Positions 20,801 through 30,232 of a stretch of DNA of 64,000 nt are shown here, in pieces. Position numbers and translations under genes: made by a program. The stretch's first letter is position 1, and each line of letters opens with the position of its first letter. Origin of the DNA: Dehalococcoidia bacterium (GTDB taxonomy: Bacteria > Chloroflexota > Dehalococcoidia > UBA2979); NCBI GenBank assembly GCA_965262725.1, contig OZ253555.1, positions 2,464,001 through 2,528,000 of the forward strand, read 5' to 3'. The notes beneath the pieces were generated by a model. The model was not told the DNA's origin, did not search any database, and saw nothing but the letters and a program-made list of their open reading frames with translations.

Positions 20801-23800
20801 ACCGCGACATCGAACGTGGGGGCGTGGCCCCCGGCGGAGACGCTCAGTGTCACGTCATACTCGTTGTCGCCGCGGCGCTCGGGATCCTCGAAGTCCGGAG
20901 CTGTCTTGAAGGCCAGCCTGCCGCTCGAGGAGCTGAAGTCGAACTTGTCAGCGTCGCCCCCCGCGAGCGGCAGCCAGGCAATGGTGGCGTTCTCCGGGTC
21001 CGTCGCCCGGTACGTTGCGATGAGGAGCGTGCCCTCCTCCTCGACGCTCGGCGCGGCGTCGCCGGTGATGGTGGGCCGCTCATTCACGGGCAAGACGGTG
21101 ACGGTCACCCGCAGCTCGCCGATATGGCCGCCGTCGTCCTGCGCCCGCACCGTCACCTCGTACGTGTTGTCCGGCCGAGCCTCGAAGTCGGGTTCGCTCA
21201 CGAAGCTGAGGGCGCCGTTGTCGAACGCGAAGTGGCGGGCATCCGCTCCCGTGAGCGTCGTCCAGCTCACGGCCTCGTTCTCCGGGTCCCTGGCGGTGTA
21301 GGTGCCGACAGATGTGCCGCTGTTCTCCGCCTTCGCCACGGCTTCGGGGCCCATCACCTCCGGCGCCTCGTCCTCGTCCCCGACGGCAATCTCTACGGAG
21401 ATCGTGTTGTCGACGACAGGGGGGTCCTCGGCCACGTTGTTGGCGTCCTTCCCGTCACTGACGCCAACCCTGATGGTGTGGCTGACGGCTGCCTCACGGT
21501 CGAGCGAGGCTTTCGTCACCAACTGGCCCGTCGCGGTGTTGATGTCGAAGAGGTTGGCGCCGCTGGTGATGGAATAGGTCAGCGTGTCGTTGTCGCCGGC
21601 GACGGCCGCGACGGGGGCGCCGATGTTCCGTCCGGCGAGGGTGTTTTCCGGCACGCTGCGCATGCCGTTCTCGGTCGACGGGAACTCCGGCACCTCGTTC
21701 ACGTCGCGGATGGTGACCGTCACGGGCAGCTCGCCGGTCTCACCCTCGCTGTCGAGGGCGTTCACCGTGATGTCGTAGACGTTGTTTCCGCCGGAGTCGG
21801 CGGGGTGCTCATAGTCCGGAATGGCCGCGAACGAGAGGACGCCGGCCGCGGTGATGGCGAAGTCGAGGCGGTCGGTCCCGACCACCGACCACTGGTACGT
21901 GAGGCCGGGCATCCTCTCCGGGTCGCTCGCGGTGAAGGTGGCGAGCGTGCGGTCGTGGCTCTCGTCGACCGTGAGCGCGTTGTTGTTCACGGTGACGCCG
22001 CCGGTCGCCGCTAACGAGATGTCCGCCGGCTCGTCCACGTCGGCTACGGTGACCGTCACCGTGATCGTGTCGTCGACTGTCATGTCCACGTGACCGTTGG
22101 TGTCCTTGCCGTCGTGGACGGACATCGTGAAGGAATAACTGGACCTGCTCTCGTGGTTGAGCGCCCCCTTGGTCTGCAGCTGCCCACTCGACTCAACGAC
22201 CCCGAAGGGAGCAGCGTCCGCGCCGGAGATTGCGAAGGTCAGAGCGTCGCTGTCGGCATCATCGGCCGCGATCGCGGTGCCGATGTTCTGACCGGCTGGC
22301 GTGTTCTCGTCCACGCTGCGGGCACCATCCTCGGTCGCCGGGAACTCCGGATCGTGATTCTGGATAGCCGGCGTGCCCACCACGGTCGCAGACCATTCAC
22401 CGGATCCGGCGCCGTTGGCCGCGCGGACCTGCAGATCGTACGCAGTGCCGTTTACCAGGCTGATCAGGTCACGCAGATCGCCGCCGACGGTGGACGTCCA
22501 GATGCTGGCCTGCTCGGTCCAGTTGGCGTCGGCCTTGTCGGTGGCGTTGCTCTCGATGTAGCGCAGGTCGTACCGCTCGATGGCGATCCCACCGTCGTCG
22601 GCTGGTGCGCTCCACGTCACGACCAACTCGCCGTCGCGGGGCGAGACGCCGGTGATGGCGGCAGCCCCGGGAACGGTCGGCGTCGTGGCCTCGATGGTTT
22701 CGGACCACCCGCCCGCGCCCTGGTCGTTGACGGCGCGCACCTGGAGGTCGTAGCCGACCGCTCCGACGAGTCCGCCGACCTCGTACTCGAGATCGCCGGA
22801 TGACCAGGCGTCCTCCACCTCGGTCCAGTTGTCGTCTGCCTTGTCCGCCTCGGCGCTGCGGATGTAGCGCACGTCGTAGGCGGAAACTGCCGAGGCGCCG
22901 GTGTCGTCGGGGGCGGTCCATGCGAGGGTGATGGCGCCGGGCCCGGCGTTCGCAGACGTGATGCTGGGGGAGTCGGGGATGTAGCCGTGGCCGTAGGCCG
23001 TCAGCTTCCAGGAGTGGAGTCTCCCCGTGTCACCAGTGCGCTCGTCCGTGATGCGCAGTGTCCACTCGCCGGCGGCTTGCTCTCCCAGATGCCTCGCAGA
23101 GCCCAGGCGGTATGTGACGTCGTCTGCACGCTTGTCGCTGCTGCGCGACGCCTCGACGTCGGGGGGGAGCAGCGTGGAGGTGGCACCGGTCGGGGACACG
23201 AGCTCGATGCGCAGATCCCGGTAGTTCCGGTGGGTCAGTCCCAGCTCGATCGCGAGGAACTCGACGAAGCCGACGTGGGGGCCGAGCGTGACGCTGCTGG
23301 ACACGGCGTCCGCGGTGCCTGAGCTGGGCGGGTCGGGAATCGCCAATGCCGGACTGGCAGTGGCGCTGACTTCCCGGAACGCTGGGAGAGGGGTCCAGTT
23401 GTTCGCCAGCGCGACGGCGGCGCCGGCGTCGACCACACCGAATCCGTACTCGTGGCTGAACGAGTAGTGCTCGTCGGCCGAGCCGTACTTCAGCGAGCCG
23501 TCCTGCCAGCCGGTGTTGGCGGGGTCGTTCTTGCGTGCGGATGTGGCGAGGATGAGCTTCACATCCCGCCAGAAGAGATCGCGATTCGCGGCACGGACCA
23601 GCGCGGCCACGCCGGACACGATGGGGGCGGCGGCAGAGGTGCCCGTGAAGTTCAAGTCGTAGGTATTGCCCACGCTGGTTGTCGCGATGCCCGGCAGGGC
23701 CGCATCCTTGTCCTGGGATGGGGCGCAGATCCAGAGGTTCGCACCGAGTTCCGAGTACCCGGCCCTCACGTCGTTGTAGTCGACGGCGCAGACGGTGGTA

Positions 23801-25884
23801 ACGGCGTAGTGGTTCTGTCGCTCGTCGAGATTGGCGTTGTTTTGGGGGTGTCCATTGCCGGCGATCCAGACGTAAAACACTCCCTTTCCGTCGTACCCTG
23901 ATCTCACGCCCTCTTCCACCGCCATCTCCCAGTCACTGTTCGCGGTGCGCATTGTGCCGAACGAGGGGAGCCGCCAACTGTTGTTGGACACGGCGGTCAC
24001 GTCCGCCAGGTGGGCCGCGGCGTTCGCTTCATTGGCGAGGCCGGGCCTCTGGCTTATTCCGCCCCACAGGTTGTAGCCGTAGATGGTCGCGCGGGGAGCC
24101 ACGCCGCGCACGCCGATGTCGTTGTCGCGTCCCGCGATGATCCCGGCCACCTGGGTGCCGTGGACTGCTCCGGGATACCGCACACCCAGCCCGGTGATGT
24201 CGTGGTGGCCCATCGTGTCGTCGTCGGGATCGGCGCTTTCGTACTCGTACCCACGGAGATCGCTGTGCAGGTAGTCCAACCCCTCGTCGACGATCACGAC
24301 GTTCACGCCCTCCCCCAGCGTGGTCTCCCAGGCTGCCTCGACGTTGATGTCGTACCCCGCTCCAGAGCCGAACTGCCCGGTGTTCTCGAGGTGCCACTCG
24401 CACCCGTACAGGGGATCGTCTTGCGACGTGCCCAGGGCCAGGCAGGCCTCCTCCTCTGCGACCGCGTCAGCCGCGACCGAGGCGTGGAGCAGGTAGGTCC
24501 CTGTGTCGCTCGTGGCGCCCTCGATGCGGATCGTGTACGTGCCCGCCGGGAGCCGCTCGAGCGCCCAGAGGCTCAGATCCTTCCCGTCGATCGCCGGCCA
24601 GCCGCCTTCGTTGAGGTAGTAGAGGTCTATCTCCATGTCCTGGCTGTCGAACAGGGTCGGCGTGAGACCCAGGGTGCCCCCGTGGTCGTGTGCCTCCAGC
24701 AGCACGTAGGTCGTGCTCTCCAGTGTGAGGCTGAAGTAGTCCTCATCCTCGGTAGCGTCGATCCGCCCCGGCGCCGGCACGGTCAGCATGAGCGGGGACG
24801 CGGTTGCCGAAGAGTCACCGGGCCCGGCGACCGATCGCACATACAGGATGTAGCTCCCAGCTGCATCGGAGTCGCCGCCCTGGACCTTGATGTAGTACGT
24901 CTCGTCCGCCTCGACGCTGGCGCGGAGCGAGAACGAGCTTTCGTTGTCCGTGAGCTCGCTGTCGTCGTTCTGGGCGATGACGCTCTGGCTGGAGTCCAGG
25001 AGCTTACCCTTCGTGTCGGTGTCCCCGATGGCCAGCACCCAGAGGTCGGTGGCGCTGGTTGGCTCGATCCTGAAGAAGTGGACGCCGCCCGCGCTCAACG
25101 TGCCGGGGACCAGCGCGTCGAGGCCAACTTCCGTCGCCGTCGCGATGGTGCTCGCGGCAGCCGCAGCGCGAACGTGTAGCGTGTACGAGCCCGTCTGTTG
25201 CGCGCCGTTACCGCCAACGCTGATGTACCAGGTGCCCGCCGCCAGTTCTTCGCGGATAGCGAGGTGCGCGGGGTCTGGTGGAAGCCCCCCATCGTCGTTC
25301 GAGACAGTGGTGGCACCGACGCTGTTCCTCACCGCACCCGCGGTGTCGAAGTCGCCCGTCGTATAGACCAAGAGATCCGTGGCGCTTCCCAAGACGAGTT
25401 CGAAGTAGTCCTCGTCGCCGGTGACGTGGACGCGCCCGTGTACGGAGGAGTCGAGTGTGATGGCGGTGGCGCTGGAGATCGTGGCGCCGTGGTCGTTGGT
25501 GGTGCCGGTGGAGGTGGAGGACCAGTCGCCGGCGAGAGCGGAGTTTTCGGCGCGTACCTGCACGTCGTACCCGGTGCTGTCCCGCAGTCCCGCGATCTCG
25601 TATGAGAGGGCGCCCGTGGTCCAGGCATCCTCCTCGAGGGTCCAGTTGGCGTCGTCGGCCTTGCTCGCGTCTGTCGCGTCGCTCTCGATGTAGCGCAAGT
25701 CGTAGAAGTTGATCGCCGAGCCGCCGTCGTCGGAGGGCGCGCTCCAGACGACCGTGAGCGAGGTCGCCGTGGCGGTAACCGAGTCGATGGTCGGGGCCCC
25801 GGGAGCGGTCTGCGCATGGACGCGGTCGGCCGCCACGAGCAGGCAGATCACGGCGCAGGCGGCGAGCAGCGATCGCGACGTCAA
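17839..25884 (-). CDS. Giant secreted S8 (kexin/furin-like) protease-adhesin: FN3, PPC-like, S8, P-domain, FN3, cadherin repeats, Ig-like, propeller, C-terminal repeats
   Basis: Signal peptide. Catalytic IVDEG, HGTQVAG, FTGTSAAAP. P-domain. Many DxD/LDxE/VxDVNE cadherin motifs. Confidence 0.9.
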   Translation of the reverse strand: MTSRSLLAACAVICLLVAADRVHAQTAPGAPTIDSVTATATSLTVVWSAPSDDGGSAINFYDLRYIESDATDASKADDANWTLEEDAWTTGALSYEIAGLRDSTGYDVQVRAENSALAGDWSSTSTGTTNDHGATISSATAITLDSSVHGRVHVTGDEDYFELVLGSATDLLVYTTGDFDTAGAVRNSVGATTVSNDDGGLPPDPAHLAIREELAAGTWYISVGGNGAQQTGSYTLHVRAAAAASTIATATEVGLDALVPGTLSAGGVHFFRIEPTSATDLWVLAIGDTDTKGKLLDSSQSVIAQNDDSELTDNESSFSLRASVEADETYYIKVQGGDSDAAGSYILYVRSVAGPGDSSATASPLMLTVPAPGRIDATEDEDYFSLTLESTTYVLLEAHDHGGTLGLTPTLFDSQDMEIDLYYLNEGGWPAIDGKDLSLWALERLPAGTYTIRIEGATSDTGTYLLHASVAADAVAEEEACLALGTSQDDPLYGCEWHLENTGQFGSGAGYDINVEAAWETTLGEGVNVVIVDEGLDYLHSDLRGYEYESADPDDDTMGHHDITGLGVRYPGAVHGTQVAGIIAGRDNDIGVRGVAPRATIYGYNLWGGISQRPGLANEANAAAHLADVTAVSNNSWRLPSFGTMRTANSDWEMAVEEGVRSGYDGKGVFYVWIAGNGHPQNNANLDERQNHYAVTTVCAVDYNDVRAGYSELGANLWICAPSQDKDAALPGIATTSVGNTYDLNFTGTSAAAPIVSGVAALVRAANRDLFWRDVKLILATSARKNDPANTGWQDGSLKYGSADEHYSFSHEYGFGVVDAGAAVALANNWTPLPAFREVSATASPALAIPDPPSSGTADAVSSSVTLGPHVGFVEFLAIELGLTHRNYRDLRIELVSPTGATSTLLPPDVEASRSSDKRADDVTYRLGSARHLGEQAAGEWTLRITDERTGDTGRLHSWKLTAYGHGYIPDSPSITSANAGPGAITLAWTAPDDTGASAVSAYDVRYIRSAEADKADDNWTEVEDAWSSGDLEYEVGGLVGAVGYDLQVRAVNDQGAGGWSETIEATTPTVPGAAAITGVSPRDGELVVTWSAPADDGGIAIERYDLRYIESNATDKADANWTEQASIWTSTVGGDLRDLISLVNGTAYDLQVRAANGAGSGEWSATVVGTPAIQNHDPEFPATEDGARSVDENTPAGQNIGTAIAADDADSDALTFAISGADAAPFGVVESSGQLQTKGALNHESRSSYSFTMSVHDGKDTNGHVDMTVDDTITVTVTVADVDEPADISLAATGGVTVNNNALTVDESHDRTLATFTASDPERMPGLTYQWSVVGTDRLDFAITAAGVLSFAAIPDYEHPADSGGNNVYDITVNALDSEGETGELPVTVTIRDVNEVPEFPSTENGMRSVPENTLAGRNIGAPVAAVAGDNDTLTYSITSGANLFDINTATGQLVTKASLDREAAVSHTIRVGVSDGKDANNVAEDPPVVDNTISVEIAVGDEDEAPEVMGPEAVAKAENSGTSVGTYTARDPENEAVSWTTLTGADARHFAFDNGALSFVSEPDFEARPDNTYEVTVRAQDDGGHIGELRVTVTVLPVNERPTITGDAAPSVEEEGTLLIATYRATDPENATIAWLPLAGGDADKFDFSSSSGRLAFKTAPDFEDPERRGDNEYDVTLSVSAGGHAPTFDVAVTVTNKEEPGMLALPATRPREEADYTATLSDPDGVQSTTWTWERSTSRSGPWTAVSGAVNSIATSSVYTPVTGDVGDYLRATATYTDGHGPNKSGSAVSNNPVRAKPVTNNPPTFTETSPTRSIAENAGANAPVGGRVTATDPDSGDTVRYEVEPVPDLFTIDGSNGQIRVKNRGALDHETAPSHTVTVKALDSSNAFDTVQVTIEVTDVNEPPDALADAPNSFDEDTEIRIDVLANDSDPEDDRSELLLTVFNSGPNAPRNGAVTVNEPANAGENRTITYEPNADYNGADTFTYRVRDTGSPSLSSTASVSVQIDAVNDAPAFGESMPARSVSESAEAGARVGAPVTATDVDGGDTLTYSRYGADASSFEIDRQDGQITVGGGVTFDIATKNTYTLTVDASDGNGGSATVEVTITVTAGPVGPPIITGGGGGGGPSGPSPSLLDFEWNVTHDIDELDGGHDKPSGLWSDGVTLSLLENGDGADDAIYAYALESGERVEGREFELDERNRAPRGIWSDGETAWVSDSGQNHLFAHDLATGERLPERDIELADRNRDARGIWSDGATMWVLDGGKNALFAYNLESGELLAEYALDSTNGDPHGIWSDGTTFWVSDDGAKRLLAYRLPAPEEPAAEDAEPQDLERVIDEEFKELSKASNNSPRGIWSDGDVMYVADESDDKVYTYNMPDAIDARLASLTLSGVELGEFLPVRTDYRGTGGDGVTETTVTAEALQRRTSVDIDPPDADEEAEGHQVALEGTSEITVTVMSADGSRELVYRVRLRDPEPTAASGPTSHCFRGDVAAGFSLVIYEGGSIEDLLVCALSRHIVALYVLDDGVYVPYIVGAPEFVNRSFQELYADGVLPLTPFVAGSDGPPSADTAVDRPPEDELATLRGSSCLHGEIATGFSLVLYQGGSLEELATCAQGHNITALYALDEGSYFPYILGAPDFVNRSFFELFTDGLPALTPLVAKSDSPLTASADSGNAAEN

Positions 25885-25935
25885 TTTGCGATCACCCCCG
25901 ACATCCGGTTGCCGCTGCGCGGACTGGTGTCCAGG

Positions 25936-25960
25936 GAATAATAACCGTTATAATTATATG
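25936..25960. promoter_or_regulatory. AT-rich promoter/operator patch in the divergent intergenic region
   Basis: ATAACCGTTAT and TATAATTATA palindromes in an otherwise GC-rich context, ~55-75 bp upstream of the giant gene. Confidence 0.5.
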
Positions 25961-26152
25961 ATGTCGAGACCATGAAGTATCGGCGAAGGCAGGTAGTTCG
26001 GGCCCGAAGCGGCTAGCTGAATTGACTCACGCCTGCGGAGCCCGGTTCCAGGACGCGCTCGATGCGCGCATCGAGGGGGGTGAAACGCCGCGCGGTTGGA
26101 TCGCGGGTGGCTCTGATCTTCTAGACTGGTTCCGTAGACGGAGGAGGCCACC

Positions 26153-26422
26153 ATGGTGACTCGCCGCCCCGCTGAGGAGATCGCCCGTCTCGGCAACAGG
26201 ATCTACGAGCGTGACGTCCGGCGGGAGGTCGAGGACGCCCACGATGGAGAATTCGTCGCCATCGATGTGGAAAGCGGCGGCTGGGCCCTCGCCGGGAGCG
26301 AGCTTGCCGCAGCGGAGCGCCTGCGGGAACGTCAACCGGACGCGATCAATGTCTGGCTGCTGCGGGTCGGCTACCGAGCGATCGCGAGTATCGGAGGCGG
26401 CTCCCTGCGGAGCAGCAGTTGA
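26153..26422 (+). CDS. Small hypothetical protein (DUF5678-like) paired with retropepsin
   Basis: GGAGGAGG RBS. IYERDVR...GEFVAIDVESG...RVG pattern. Overlaps the next gene. Confidence 0.7.
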   Translation: MVTRRPAEEIARLGNRIYERDVRREVEDAHDGEFVAIDVESGGWALAGSELAAAERLRERQPDAINVWLLRVGYRAIASIGGGSLRSSS

Positions 26423-26787
26423 TCGAAGGCGCTGTCAACGCGGCCCTCGAGTCCATCGTCGCTCTCGAACTCCGCGGCCCGGCAGGCCAGGTTCGGCACG
26501 TCGACGCTGTCGTGGACACTGGTTTCAGCCGCTTTCTGACGCTGCCCCCATCAGTGGTGGCAGAGTTGGGACTGGCGTTCGCTGGCGCACGCCTAGTGAT
26601 TCTCGCCGACGGCAGTGAAGTGGCGCTTGATGCACATGCGGTCACGGTGCTGTGGGATGGCCGGCCGAGGGACATCGTGGCCTACGCGGCGGATACGACT
26701 CCTCTCATCGGGATGTCGATGCTCGACAGCCACAGCCTGTACCTGGAAGTCGAGGATGGCGGGCGCCTCGTTATCGAGGCCCGCTGA
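26419..26787 (+). CDS. Clan AA (retropepsin-like) aspartic protease
   Basis: AVVDTGF, LADG, PLIGM motifs. Confidence 0.85.
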   Translation: MIEGAVNAALESIVALELRGPAGQVRHVDAVVDTGFSRFLTLPPSVVAELGLAFAGARLVILADGSEVALDAHAVTVLWDGRPRDIVAYAADTTPLIGMSMLDSHSLYLEVEDGGRLVIEAR

Positions 26788-27012
26788 AGCAGGCGGCGCT
26801 CGACTCTCGGTGCTCTGGGACGGCGAGGCGAGATACATCGAAGCCGCGCAGCACGCTCGGCTCGGTGTTGCTGCTGGCGGCGGTCGGGGCGGCGCTCGCG
26901 TGCACGGGCGGCGGCGTTGCGCCCACGCCCCCGGCCTCCCCGCGGGACGCCACCGCACCACTGCGATCTCCAAGCCTCGGACGGCGCGGCCCGCATCGTC
27001 GGTCGTGGCAGC

Positions 27013-28836
27013 ATGAGGACGATGGGCGGTCGCCTGCTCGCGGCGTCTCTGGCGCTCGCGCTCATGCTGGCCGGGGCGTGCTCCGGCGCAGGGGCTCCGG
27101 CCTCGCCGCAGGCCGCGACGGGATCCCCGTCCCCGGCGGCGTCACGCGGGCCGGCGGAGCCACGGTCCACCGCCGCCCCGCCTACAGCGCCGACGGAGGC
27201 GGCGAGCACCGCGCTCGAGCGCATCACGCGCACGCTGACGGTGTCGGCGACGGGTGAGGGCACGGTGACGCCCGACGGGACGACGACGCACGAGGACGGC
27301 GTCGAGGTCACGCTTCGGGCGAGCTGGTCGGACGCGACGCACGAGTTCAGCTGGGGCGGGGACTGCAGCGGGACGGCCTCGAGGTGCGTTCTGACGATGG
27401 ACGCGGCGAAGAGCGTGACGGCGACGTTCACGGCGCTGCCGGCGGGTCGCTGTGCGCAGCCGAGTGACGCGGACTGCATCCGTGCCGTGTACCGGGGAGC
27501 GCCCGGCGACTACGCGCAGGTGGTGGACATCCCCGCAGACGTGCTGCTCGAGCCCGACGCGAACGGGCGCTACCGCGTGGCGCGCGGGCAGCAGCTGACG
27601 GTGGTGACGGCGGCGGCGCTGCCCGCGGGCTGGACGCGCTTCTACCTGGAGCGGAGTCCCCTGGAGTTCGGGACTCCCAGCCCGGTGAGTGCCTCGCAGC
27701 TGATCGCGCCCGTGGGGACGACGTACACGTTCACGCCGGCGGCGGACGAGGCCGGCTCCACGCTGATCACGTTCGACCTGACGGCGGCACGGCCGTTCGT
27801 GCGGCCGCGGCCCGACGGCAAGCCGGAGCTCGGCGACGTCATCGTGACGACGGTCTTCCAGGTGGAGACGGACATCTTCAGCTACGACAGCTTCGACACC
27901 ACGGGCGCGGCGACCGCGGCGGGGAGCTACGCGTTCCTGATGCCGGACGGCACCTCGACGAGCGTCGTCACCACGTATGAGCAATTGCGCACCGAGTCCA
28001 CGGTGATGCGCGTGAACGTCGACGACGCCCACGGTGCGTCGTGGGCAAGCTTCTACAACGCGGTCGAGGTCGGTGACGTCGTCGAGTGGCGCGAGGCCGA
28101 CGACTGCTGGGCGCGCTACCTGGTCACATCCACGCCGACTGCCACCACAGGCGCGACGCGGGACTTCGGCGTCCGGTGGGTCACCTACTCCTACACCGGG
28201 TGCTCGGGCGAGGTGGACGCGGGGGCGGTCGTCCAGGCGGGATGGGCGCCGGAGGACATCAAGTCGCCCGACATCAGGTCGCCGGTCTATCACGGGCACT
28301 TCCTCGTGATGCCCGTGTCCTGGGCGGACAGGATCGACACGCGCGTGCATACCCGCTTCCCGCCGCCGGCCGGGTTCGGTGCCACCTCCGAGTCGGCGAG
28401 TACCACGAGCATCGCCGAGGCGCGCGGGTACCCCCTGTGGCGCGAGCCGGCCCTGCCCGAGGACTGGGTGTTCCGGAGCGCGGAAACATCAACCCCCGAT
28501 GCGCCCGTCTACGGATTCTCCGCGATCTACGGCTATAGGGCGGTCGAGGTCGCCGTGGGGCATCTGGTGTGGACGCCGGAGTACCTGACGGCGCTCAGCG
28601 GGACGGAGTGGATCAGGGAACTGCGCATCATCGACGGCCGGCCGGCGACGTTGACGTACACGCCCGTGGAGAACAGGCGACCGGGTACCGGCCTCCCGAC
28701 CGAAGTGCTCATCTACGACCAGGACACGCGCATCTACTACCTGGTGATCGGTTTCGACGAATCCCTGACCGGCAGCAACATCGACGCCACGATCGCGATA
28801 GCGCGCAGTCTCCTTCCCCAGGCAGACCCGCCGTGA
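27013..28836 (+). CDS. Putative lipoprotein with divergent InlB B-repeat-like domain
   Basis: Lipobox LAGAC, Pro/Ala linker, FSWGGDCSG...CVLTMDAAKSVTATF. Confidence 0.7.
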   Translation: MRTMGGRLLAASLALALMLAGACSGAGAPASPQAATGSPSPAASRGPAEPRSTAAPPTAPTEAASTALERITRTLTVSATGEGTVTPDGTTTHEDGVEVTLRASWSDATHEFSWGGDCSGTASRCVLTMDAAKSVTATFTALPAGRCAQPSDADCIRAVYRGAPGDYAQVVDIPADVLLEPDANGRYRVARGQQLTVVTAAALPAGWTRFYLERSPLEFGTPSPVSASQLIAPVGTTYTFTPAADEAGSTLITFDLTAARPFVRPRPDGKPELGDVIVTTVFQVETDIFSYDSFDTTGAATAAGSYAFLMPDGTSTSVVTTYEQLRTESTVMRVNVDDAHGASWASFYNAVEVGDVVEWREADDCWARYLVTSTPTATTGATRDFGVRWVTYSYTGCSGEVDAGAVVQAGWAPEDIKSPDIRSPVYHGHFLVMPVSWADRIDTRVHTRFPPPAGFGATSESASTTSIAEARGYPLWREPALPEDWVFRSAETSTPDAPVYGFSAIYGYRAVEVAVGHLVWTPEYLTALSGTEWIRELRIIDGRPATLTYTPVENRRPGTGLPTEVLIYDQDTRIYYLVIGFDESLTGSNIDATIAIARSLLPQADPP

Positions 28837-28890
28837 GGCGAGCGCTGGGCGTCGTCGCAGCGTTCCTGTCGGTGCTGGGTATCGCCAGTG

Positions 28891-29639
28891 GCGGTTGCGC
28901 GCCTCCGCACTGCTCGACGGCCAGCTGATCATCACCACGAAGGCCGAGGCCGAAGCCGTGCTCGACAGCGAACAGCGATGCCGCACTCACACGGCCGGAG
29001 CACGCCGGCCTGCGCTCGATCGCAGCCCGAGCCGACTCCGAAATCATCGGCGAGGCGCACTAGCCACCAGCGAGGGCCACGGCGTGCCGGCGAACGTCAG
29101 GTGAGCACGCGCAGGAGAGGCGTTCGCGCGGCGAATGCCCTTCGCGTAGCCCGGGCCGCCGGCGGCAGCACGTCCCTGGCCCGCCTCCACCGAAGGCCCG
29201 ACCGATTCGCGTGCCGGGAGACGCACGGAGGTGCCTCCGTGACTATGGGATAATGGTGCCTGACGGCCTTCCGCCCCTGACGGCGCTGACCGCCAGGAGC
29301 GACGGGTCGCCGGCCACGCACGGGGCGGGAGCGCAACAGCGGTGCCGCATATCGGGGATATATGGAGAGGGAGGATGTGATGCCCACATTCACGAAGATG
29401 AACCCTGCTGATGTCGCCGTCGGGCGCGGGCGCGCCGGTGCGGAGAGGCGGAAGCCCTACATCGAGGCGCTGAACGCGGGCGACGCGGGGAGTGTGGAGC
29501 TTGAGCGCGGCGAGAAGCCGGCGATCGTGAAGCGGCTGCTTCAGGAGGCGGCACGTGAGGCGAACGTCCGCATCCGCTCCTCGTGGGCGGACAGCCAGCA
29601 GCGCATGCTGGTGTGGAAGAAGGTTGGCACGCGCTAGGC
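28891..29639 (+). repeat. ~750-bp diverged inverted duplicate (copy A) of recG 3' end, intergenic region and small gene
   Basis: Reverse complement of 34967..35708. The recG tail 28891..29063 carries a 7-bp duplication ACAGCGA (28965-28978). Confidence 0.9.
29380..29637 (+). CDS. Small basic hypothetical protein (85 aa), copy A
   Basis: GGAGG RBS. Intact, diverged paralogue at 34969..35226. Confidence 0.8.
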   Translation: MPTFTKMNPADVAVGRGRAGAERRKPYIEALNAGDAGSVELERGEKPAIVKRLLQEAAREANVRIRSSWADSQQRMLVWKKVGTR

Positions 29640-29666
29640 GGCGCACGGAGCGCGCGGCACGCCTAG

Positions 29667-29996
29667 TCAGTCCTCAAGCGGCTCCTGCAGCCATGCCGGG
29701 ATGTCCCGCGCCGCATGCAGGACCCTCCAGACATCCACGTTCGCCTCTCGCTCACGGTAGAAGACCAGATACGGAAACCCCCGCACGACCCGCGAGCGCA
29801 GACCGGGGAGATCGAGCTCACGCGCGTAACGGGGCGAACCGCTTGCAGGGTGCGCGCCCGTACGGTGGAAGGCTTCTTCCAGCGCGTCTATGAAGGCGAG
29901 CGCAACTGCCGCTGGCGCCTCGGCCAGATAGTGTTCGACGGCCTCGTCGATATCGAGACGCGCCCGCTCGCGAAGGACGACAGGCTTCCCGGTCAC
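29667..29996 (-). CDS. parE: ParE/RelE-family toxin
   Basis: ARLDIDEAVEHY...GSPRY...FPYLVFY...VWRVLHAARD. GTG start overlaps the antitoxin stop. Confidence 0.88.
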   Translation of the reverse strand: MTGKPVVLRERARLDIDEAVEHYLAEAPAAVALAFIDALEEAFHRTGAHPASGSPRYARELDLPGLRSRVVRGFPYLVFYREREANVDVWRVLHAARDIPAWLQEPLED

Positions 29997-30232
29997 CCGT
30001 CGCCAGTCTCGCGGACCCGATCGCGAAGCCCGCCGAAGTAGTCCGCACCGGCGGCGACTGCCGGCGGCGACGCCGCGCCTTCGAGGAGCAGGCCGCGCAG
30101 GCGCTGGCGATCCTGGTCCTTGCGGATCAACTCGCGGACGTACTCGCTTGACGAGCTGTAGCCGCGGACGCCGACCTGCTGGTCCACGAAGGACTTGAGG
30201 GCATCGGGAAGCGAGATGTTCATCGTGCTCAT
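29993..30232 (-). CDS. parD: ParD-family RHH antitoxin
   Basis: MNISLPDALKSFVD...GYSSSSEYVRELIR. Imperfect palindrome TTGGCAAAGTTTGGCAA upstream (30251-30267). Confidence 0.88.
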   Translation of the reverse strand: MSTMNISLPDALKSFVDQQVGVRGYSSSSEYVRELIRKDQDRQRLRGLLLEGAASPPAVAAGADYFGGLRDRVRETGDG

